From the human T2T-CHM13v2.0 reference genome, Homo sapiens, in assembly GCF_009914755.1 (NCBI RefSeq), contig NC_060929.1: a DNA stretch of 64,000 bases. One strand, written 5' to 3'. The notes under the pieces were generated by a model. It saw only the letters and a list, made by a program, of their open reading frames with translations, was not told the DNA's origin and made no database searches. Position numbers and translations under genes: made by a program. Below are positions 54,171-64,000 of the stretch, piece after piece. The number at the start of each line of letters is the position of its first letter. Positions within the stretch are counted from its first letter, which is position 1.

Positions 54171-56449
54171 ACCTACAGCCACATGTAACTTACACGAATT
54201 GAACTAGATATATTCAAATAAACAATCAAAACAAGTAGAGAGAGAAAAACAAGTGAACAGAGTACATGATCCCACCTGTCCTTCCTCCCTCTGACCATGG
54301 ACCTTAAGATGAGTGCCAGACTGAATATGTACTTTGATGGTCCATACACAGCCACACACACACATCATCACCACCACATGCAGAGAGTGACTCTACGGTT
54401 TAAAGACATACTTTAAACACTTTACTAAGTGTGAGCCAGCTACATCATCTGAGGCTCCAAGAAGCCGTAGTGATCTGGTCCAAGGTTGGGAGAAAAATGA
54501 CTGCATTCTATCAGTCTCCGACAAGAGCAAGGAAGCCCTTCAGAGGGACATTCAAGGGAAATTTTGACCACACCGTTTTTCTCCTTAGGTGTTCACTTGA
54601 GACCTCCCTTAGGAGTTGTGTATTCTGTCTCTGGACTGAAAAGGAGCCTAATGGGGAGGCAGGAAAGCCAGCTTCTGGCCCTCACTCTGCCACCACACTA
54701 GAGTGAGATATCTTCTGTCTGCCAAAAGAGGATCACTTAGGGAGCCAAATGATTAAGAAGCCCTCACTTGGTATGTGGGTTTCTTCTCCGAGGGCTGCGG
54801 GAACTGGGTTACACCAAGTTGATCTCTACGAGGGGACTGTCCAGACACTCAGGAGATTCCACATCTCACACGGAGGACATCTACCAGTACCTCCCCCATT
54901 TCCAACAACTCCATGTTTTTATAGTGCTTGAGGCAATCCTCTCCCTGGGTCTATGGGGGAATAAAAAGGGACAGCCTCTTGGCCTGGAGGCACAATTGCA
55001 GCTGGCCTGGGGCTCAGACCTAGACTTGGAAACAAGGACAGGCTGCAGCCCCTCTCCATCCCAATCAGCAACCCCTGCCCATTCCCAGCAGCTGGCCACT
55101 TGATCATTCACAATATCAATGACAGAAGAAGGTGGCAGGAGCCAAGAGAAAAAAGGAAATCCTTTCCAGCCAACTGCAATCTGAGCTGTCCAATCCAGAA
55201 GTTTATATTATTAAAAATAAAAAGGGAAATGAAAAAATTGACCAAATGTAGTTATAGGGAGGCTGAGATGGCACATTGCAGGGCCTCTTGGTAAAAGATG
55301 AGGACTTCTTCTCTCAGCCAGTGGGTTTTGTCTTTATCATGTCAAACAACCATTCTCAATGGCTTTGTTTTCTTTAAAGGAATTGACCCATTTTATTCAA
55401 ACAAATAGACCAGTTGTTTGAGTGCCAGGCAATATAGCCTTCATATTCTTCTGCAGCTTAGCAAAGTTTCTCAAATAACAGCTTTGCATGCCCGTCTGGG
55501 CTGAAGAAACATACAACTTAATCATCTAGGGCCAAGAGCCAATGTGACTGTTGGAGGAGAGAATCAAATGTAACTGTGTGGAATGAAGGTCCACGCTCTG
55601 TGGAACTCAGTGGACAGCAATGCCCTTTGGAGCTGGACCCAACTACAGTAGTTAGACCCTCGCCCAATGGAATTTCACCTGCAAGTACTGAAAGGACCTA
55701 GAAACAAACACTCCTAGACCTAACTGTGCTGCTGCTTGCATTGCACTTTGTAGCACAATAGCCCCTGACTTCTGTGGTCTGCTCGTTGGAGAGGGCCCTC
55801 TCCCTCTAACTAGAGGGCTGCTCTGTAGGTCAACCTGTTTAGCTAGGGCTCAGGAAACCAAGCCCCATCCTGACTCCAAGGCTAAGATAGATAGCCATTT
55901 GCTACTAGTACCTTTATTCTCCAGTTTTAGGGAGGGATGGATAGGGGTGTGTGTGTGTGTGCATGTATGCACATTTAATATTACTATTGTATATATGCAT
56001 ATATATCATATGCATACTTCACTGTTATATAACCCAAGAACCTTCCTCTGCTATAACTCACTTTTATTCTCAAATTGGATTGTAGGTAAGTCTTTTCTTC
56101 TCTTTCCAGGTTATAATTTACTAGGCCAGAATTTTCTCTTGTATCCCTACATTGAGAGAATGCCAATGGATCTTAAAAGAAGAATCGTAGAGATCCATTT
56201 TCCAGTCCAATGCTTGGCTCCCCACCCAGAGCCCAGTACAAGACTGGCTCACAGTGGCACTCGGTAAATGTCTGGCAACTCAATCAAGAGGTTGGTCAAA
56301 AGGCTGACTGGGGTTTGCCCCGCTCAAAGGCAGCTTCAGGTTCTTGGCTCTATGTCCTTGATTAGGCTAGAGCTAGAGAAGACCCCAGCCATTATCTAAT
56401 AAACACATGCACACACAAAATTGTAAGCTCTACAGGACAGGTTAGCATG

Positions 56450-56900
56450 TCCCAGTCCCTTCAAGGGCCAGCCCCTGAGCCAAGGATACAAGCACCAGTA
56501 GTTCATTTGGGAGGTGATCCCAGAAAGCACCAGTAGGAGATTTGGAAAGTAGGATGGAAAGGAAGGCAGCCAAAACATGATGTGTTAATGGGCAACTGAG
56601 TCATATTCCCAGTGGGGACCTCTGGGTGACAATGTAGCACATGCCTCAGAGTTGTCCCTACCAAGGAATATTTTCTACCAACTTCCATCTGTTAACTGAA
56701 GGCTTCTCCTGCAGATCTCAGTCCCTAGCACCCCCAGACTGCCCTGAGCATTGGCCAAGCATGCTGAGAAAGCCCTGTGGCAGAGTCCTGGGTGCATGCA
56801 GCAAGAAGCTGGGGAGTAAAGGAAAGTTGAGTCCCTGTGGGTAGGAGCAGGGCTATAAGAGCAGCCGACACAGCTGGAATCCCTGGTGCCTATAGCAGTG
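56450..56900 (-). mobile_element. ERVL LTR (LTR16-like)
   Basis: 'catttgggaggtgatcccagaaagcaccagtaggag...ggaaggcagccaa'. Confidence 0.6.
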
Positions 56901-57224
56901 CCTGGAACATAGCTGGTGTCAAAAAAACAAGTTACATAAATGAATGCATTCATTCCATTTGTTTTACAAAACTTTTTAAAATTATTTTTTTAAAGGGGGA
57001 AACTTTCTTCAAAGGAAATATTATGAACAAAGTTCAAAATGTAGAAGAGATTAAAGAAAGTTGCCTGATCTAAGGACCAAAGCCCTGTCTCCTCCTTCCA
57101 CTATCTACAGACACAGGTGAGGAACATCCAGGGTGCCTCAGAGCACAGGGTGGAAAGTCCTGGTCTAATTCATTGGCTTCATTTTACAAACAGGACTATT
57201 GAGTGCTCTGTCTCTGGTTCACCA

Positions 57225-58164
57225 GTGTGAACCCCAGTGGATATTAGCATGCTGTCTCAGTCTATTCTCCAAAGCTGAAAACCACGAGTTAGTGCTGAAA
57301 ATCAAAGGTAGCCTGGGAGAGTTGGCCAGTGAGGGTGGGCACCACCCCTGGGCTTTGGCTCAGACTGAGTAAGAACCTCCCCTGGAAGCACCTGGGAAGC
57401 CCTGGCTGAGGACTGGGACGTTCTTCCCCAAGACTGGAGGAAAGGAAGAAGCATTATTGCAAAATCATGACACCTCAACTGTCTCCAGGAACACAAGCCA
57501 TTAAGTCCGATGTCACTTGCATCCCATTGCTCCAGAAGCAAACTTAGTAGCCGAGGGGGTTGTCAGCACCATCCGTTGTCACTCTCACAGAAGCTGCTTT
57601 TCACAGCTGCCAGAGGGACTGTCATCTTGGACACACATGTGTGGAATTGAGTCCCCTTGTCCCTGGGAAGATTTGCTGGGTAAACACATCTTGAGGGGGT
57701 GGTGGCTGGGAACAAAAATCCTGAAGAAATTAGAAACACAAGTTTGTGCTACAAAGCCAAGTTTGAGGTCACTAAATTAGAATGTACACTCATGGACAGG
57801 GAGAGAGAGGTGGAAAGAAAGATATGTGTTCACCTCCAGGAGCTGGACATCTTGGGCTTCCTGTGGCAATGTTTGGATCACACACATGGTATTCACCCCC
57901 CTGGGTCTAGGTTTCTTGCTGTGAACACTGAAAACCCCAGGCCAACTGCCTTCCCTCTGGTCTTGACATTATCTGGACATCAGGTGAGGCAGCCAAAGTT
58001 CACCTCCTAGTTCTATGGATGCAAGGGGAAACATATCCCTTCTTCGGTCTCTTTGGAGCACCCGGCATTCCCTCTGCTGACAAGAAAAAGAAAAGAAATA
58101 ATAAAAATGGTTTGGTGTGAACCCCAGTGGATATTAGCGTGCCGTCTCAGTCTATTCTCCAAAG
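57225..58164 (+). repeat. Dispersed 50-bp direct repeat (57225-57274 and 58115-58164)
   Basis: gtgtgaaccccagtggatattagc(a/g)tgc(t/c)gtctcagtctattctccaaag; 48/50 identical. Confidence 0.95.
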
Positions 58165-58539
58165 TCAAAAACTAATGGATCATTCCACCTAGGACAACTT
58201 GCCCCCTCTCCTCATCTTACAGATGAAAATGTGAGGCCCATAAAAGAAGTGACTTGCCTAAGATTGCAGTTATTTAATAAAAGATCTGGAACTAAAATGC
58301 CAGTTTTTTCTAATTCCTGGTCCATCACCTCTTTTTCTAAACTAATTTTAAATAAAATCTACCTTTTGTTGTTTTAGCTCTGCTTTTCTCCCCCTTTTCC
58401 TTTCTTTGTTCCTTTAAAATTTTTTTAAATTTTTTAGCTCTGTGCCTGACACATAGACTTTCATTTAATATTTGTTGAATAAAGTATTGTATGAATATAT
58501 AAATGAATCTCCCTTCTGAGGGAAAGTTGGGGCTTCTTA

Positions 58540-58672
58540 ATTTATTATATTTTATTTATATGAGATGGCATTTCACTGTGTTGTCCAGGCTGGTTTCAAA
58601 CACCTAGGCTCAAAGGATTCTCCACCTCAGCCTCCCAGGTAACTGGGATTACAGGTGCACACCACTGTGCCT
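58540..58672 (-). mobile_element. FLAM-type Alu monomer
   Basis: 'gagatggcatttcactgtgttgtccaggctggtttcaaac...ctgggattacaggtg'. Confidence 0.85.
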
Positions 58673-59395
58673 AGCAGGACTTTTCTTTTTAATGCACTTG
58701 TCAGTCATCATAGATCTTTCAAACGGTACACACATAAGCATGTTGGATAAGCTGTGTTCTTTATAGAAAGTTGAGATTGCTAGATGCAGTTCAGGGTTCA
58801 GAATAAGAAGGGGTGATAAAAAGTGAGCAGCATTTGGTTGCAATTGAGAAGACTGTTGCAGTAACACCTCCTTGGAGCATTCTCAGATCCTTGTCCACGG
58901 CCCAAGGCAAAAAGAAGTTCAAGAGCTTGCCTAGTGGTGGGCTGAAATTACTTCCAATTCCAAAATTCTGTAATTCATCACATCAATTGACCTAAAATCA
59001 GGATATCCCTGCTGCTGGCTATAATCGTATCTATACCCTCAAAACACTCAACCTGATAAGGTGATTTATGAAATCTTGTTATTTCTGTCCAAAACAGCCA
59101 CAGTGATTTCCACCTAAGAGAGAAGCCTCTGGACATTAGAATGTCTCTGGCGCAGCCTGAGCTTGTCTCTCTCGGCTTTATCTACTTATCCTTAGCACCT
59201 AAACATTGCAAACCCAGCAATAGGTTTCATCTTTGTTTGTTTGGATTTTGCTATTTACTAACCACTCCTTTTTCCCCCAATAAAACATGCTGACTGCAAA
59301 CACAATTTTTTTTCAAACAGCACAGACACTAACAATGAAGAAAATTAAAATAGCTTTTAGCTTTTTTATGAGCACCCTTCCTTTCACTTCCCTGA

Positions 59396-59761
<366 letters not shown>

Positions 59762-59769
59762 GCACCACC

Positions 59770-60220
59770 TTTCTTTAAGTACACTGGGTGAAGCCCTTTA
59801 CACTGCCTCCTTTCATTCTCACAACTTCCCACAATGTGGTGATTACTGGTTCCATTTTACAGATTGGAAACTGAGTCTCAGAGAGGTTGCAACCTGCCCA
59901 AAAGCACACAGCCAGTAAAGTGACAGAAATGGGTTTCAAATCCAGTTTTCATTTCCAAAGGTCAAGTCTAAAAATAAAAATAGCTACTAAGTTTTTATAC
60001 CTTTACTATGTGCCAGGCACTATGCTAAGTGCCTTATGTACATTATCTCAAATATTTACAGCAAATCAATAAAGTGGGCTTTATTCTACAATTGAGAAAC
60101 CGAAGGCAAAGAAGGGTTAAGTGACTTGCCCAGCATTATACAGCTAGAAAAATGCAGCCAAGAAGCAAATTCAGAATTTCTAACTCCTAAGTCTGTGCTT
60201 TTAACCTGGAAACTATGTGA
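59770..60220 (-). mobile_element. Two tandem MIR copies
   Basis: 'ccattttacagattggaaactgagtctcagagaggttgcaacctgccc' and 'gggttaagtgacttgcccagcattatacagctag'. Confidence 0.75.
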
Positions 60221-60325
60221 TTCCCTCCACTCTGTAGGCTGAGACAGATTTATGCATAAATGGAGTCATATTCTATACTCTATTCTGTAATTTGTTTATT
60301 TTTCTCGTCAGTAAAGGTGGCGAGT

Positions 60326-60628
60326 TTTCTTTTTTTCTTTTTTTTTTTTTTTTTTTTGACAGAGTCTCACTCTGTTGCCCAGACGGGGCTCTCACTCTTT
60401 TGCCCAGATCTCGGCTCACTGCAGTCTCCCCGATTCTCCTGCCTCAGCCTCCCGAGTAGCTGGGATTACAGGCACATGCCACCACACCTGGCTATTTTTT
60501 GTATTTTTAGTAGAGACAAAGTTTCACCATGTTGGCCAGGCTGGTCTTGAACTCCTAACTTCAAGTGATCCACCCTCCTTGGCCTTCTAAGTAGCTGGGA
60601 TTACAGGCATGAGCCACCGCACCTGGCC
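60326..60628 (-). mobile_element. Alu with a local rearrangement near its 3' end
   Basis: Reverse dimer; 'tctcactct..tgcccaga' occurs twice. Confidence 0.93.
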
Positions 60629-62495
60629 TGGTGGGTTTTCCATTCTTATCTGTAAACTTGAAATAATGTGACCCAATCCTGCTCCCTTAAACCAACAATT
60701 GGTGCTTCCTCTATCTGGAGGTCCCTCTATCTGATCACAGCCCCACACCCTGGCCACTGGTGTCAGCCATCTTGCCCTCTGTGACTCCTTGACTCCTTAC
60801 TTTTCACTCACCTTCAGTTTGCCGTCTCACACCAACCCCTCAAACCTGGAACTTCATACAGGCCACTGACCCAGACCTCGGGTTTCAGACGAACCCTCAT
60901 TACCCTGATTTGGCCACTTCTGACCAAGACTCTGGAAAGACACATCAACCCTTGCAGCCAGCAACCCAGTACTCTAGCCCTCAACACAGCCCTTGCCTCG
61001 CAAGCAGTTGTCCTCCTCCCCTACATGGATTTGCTCTGACTTCATAAACAAGTCAATGACAGAAAGTCCATCAGATAAGCTCTAAAATTCCTATAGTTAA
61101 AAAATAATATCTAATGCTGTCACTTCACTTAAGTAAGGAGATGAAAGTTTATTAATAAATATGCACAGATGACACCACTCTGAGGTTGAATTATGTCCAT
61201 TACTCTGCTTAATCTAGCTGCGTGACTTTGGGCAAGTTACCTCACCTCTCTGGTTATCAGCTTCTTTATCTGTCAAATAACGGGTAGAACTAGGGAATCC
61301 CAGGCCCCTGCAAACTCTGAAATCCTATTATTCTATGATTAAAAGAAATGACAAGCCTGGTAGCTATTACTCCTATCAATGTTTTTGTCCAATCATTAAC
61401 CAAACTAATGAGGTTGTTTCTGTAATCCAACTGCAACGTTCACTTTCAGAGAAAAGGGGAGGATTCGGGAAAACTGGACATTCCTGGACATTGCTGGGAG
61501 CCAGACACTGAGTTGATCATAGTGTGCTGTCAACAGTGAAAGAAAATCTGAGGGATCCTCACAGAAACGGGGCGCACTTTGGAATGAAGGAGCACTTTTG
61601 GTGAGTCGAAAACTATTAGCTGACTGCAGTCAAGATGAAATCCACTTTGGAAATGTTTGGGTGTTTTTTTAAGTTTGGCTCAATCACTTGTTTTTCACTG
61701 TTCCTTATGTAATCTTGTGGGATGTGGCGTCAGAAAGTCATAAATCATTCATGGTGCTTTGGGGAAAAAAAAAACAACACTGTGCAAAGCAGATGCAACT
61801 TAAAATGAAATGAGAGAAGTTTTTGGGTGAAACCGAAAAGAAAAGCGTAACTCGCATGGTTTGTAGCCAACGCTGATCACTAATTCTCGCAATCTCTATA
61901 TGGCTTGGTCATTTGTTTCCAGTTTCTTGTGCTTCACTGTAAATGGAGAGTGAGTGAAAGATATAGCCTATCACAACTGCATTGCATTTTTCCAACAGTC
62001 TTAGAAAAGATGCTGTAGTAGCGGCATTTTTGGAAATGATTCAAACTGGCAGATTTTTATTTCCTGCTTGAAGAAATCCAGAAAGCCCCGTTTTGTTCAA
62101 AAAATCCCTTTTACGACATGCTTGTCACTGCTGTTCATAATACCTATGGATCAATTAAACTCTCTTTGTAAAATATATGCTTCCTCAAAACCTACATACA
62201 AAAACACAAGTAGCCCCTGGCAGACGTAACCCATAAAGCTAACTCTAAAACATCAACACCTTAATAAAAGTGGTTTAGCTGAATTATTTCTGATGTGGCA
62301 GCTAGCTACAATGAGGTTTCTAATAAACAGATAAATTATGTTTTTTAAATACTCTTTCATATTCATTAACTCATTTCAGCTTTACATAAGTAGCAAGGAG
62401 AGTTGGGTGTTCATTCCTTAATTCATTCCTAAAACAAACTTTATTGACTGCCAAGCACTATGTAAGAGTTCTAAAGATACGGACAAGATAATGAT

Positions 62496-63002
<507 letters not shown>

Positions 63003-63919
63003 GATAGTAATGGTACTTGCCCTTGTGCCACTCACAGTGTAGTGGGGGACAAACACATAAAAACCATTATGTGCTTTTATGGGAGAATGTCTCCCAAAAG
63101 TTAAGTGTTTTTTCCCACGTCAAACAGCTAGAAACTTCTGGGGCAAGAATTTTCTGCAAAGTCTAAGGTCTCCAAAGTCTAAGTTCAGAACACTCTTAAC
63201 AGCACTCTACAGCATTTTATAAATGAACAAATTTTGATGAAAAAAATGAGGAAAAGAAAGCTCACAAACTGCGGTTCTGATATTGGAGGGATAAGCCGGG
63301 TTAGTTATCTCAGGAACCAGTGAGCAGCCAGCAGAACTGAGAGAGATTTCTCAGCAGAACAAAACAGGGAAGTATTCCCATAGATCTACTTCATAATTTC
63401 TCCCCAGCAGCCTTGAAGCGATGTCCAACCTGGCACAGAGTCTGGCATTAGATTGGTGCTCAAGAAACATCTACTTACTCTCTGTTCAACTGAATTTAAA
63501 TTAGTTATATGACCTCTTTTGGGTACGTTACCAAATGTCAAACAGTTGCCCACTGGTCCCCTCAAAATCCTTGAAATCTCAATGATGTTGCCTTGAACCC
63601 TGAATTCTACAGCATGGGAAAGCCTTAAGCCATCCTCAAGACATTTGCATTTTTCTGGTGTTGAGAATCTTTTTGTTGGCTCACTAATTCCATTCTACCC
63701 CGTGTCCCAAGGCATAGTGCTTTCTCTATTTTCCATGAGAAATCTATTTGTGTCTGCCCTTTGCTAAGCTTTCAAGAATTCACTGAAGATCATGCAGTTC
63801 TGGGGAGTGATTATATCATGTACAATGCAGTACAACTGATTCACCATCTTGCTGGTTCTACCACCCTCTCCCTCGCCCTCTCTCATATTTTCCTCTCCCT
63901 TTCTTCCTCTTCACTCAGG

Positions 63920-63977
63920 TACAGCTATACTTGCTGTTAGTATTTTACAGCTATACTTGCTGTAAGTATTTTACAGC
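63920..63977. repeat. Tandem duplication, period 26 bp, about 2.2 copies
   Basis: tacagctatacttgctgt(t/a)agtattt repeated; acag recurs at 63921, 63947 and 63973. Confidence 0.9.
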
Positions 63978-64000
63978 AAGTGGGCTTGTCAAGGGGTTTT

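Noticed and set aside
55560-55900. Possible ancient LTR; also hAT-like remnants at about 24400-24660, 32790-32960 and 40280-40560
   Set aside because: Family and boundaries could not be assigned reliably by eye.

Overview
This is primate, most likely human, genomic DNA from an intergenic or intronic region. It is rich in repeats: Alu, L1PA, older L1M, L2, MIR, L3, MaLR/ERV LTRs and Tigger/hAT DNA transposons. I find no supportable cellular protein-coding gene, tRNA, rRNA, CpG island or CRISPR array. The only protein-like ORFs are disabled L1 ORF2 fragments. Repeat families were assigned by eye from remembered consensus sequences, so subfamily calls and most boundaries of old elements are approximate. 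The most informative structure is at 7.7-12.3 kb: a two-LTR MLT1A0-like provirus containing a MER41 solo LTR and an apparent L1 3' transduction that carries a Tigger1/MER30 fragment, has its own second poly(A) tail, and sits inside one target-site duplication (TSD). Other oddities are a hairpin-extending insertion in an L1 3' UTR, a tail-less inverted L1 fragment, a 50-bp duplication with copies 890 bp apart, several motif-dense unique islands and possible minus-strand non-coding exons. I see no convincing new biological system.
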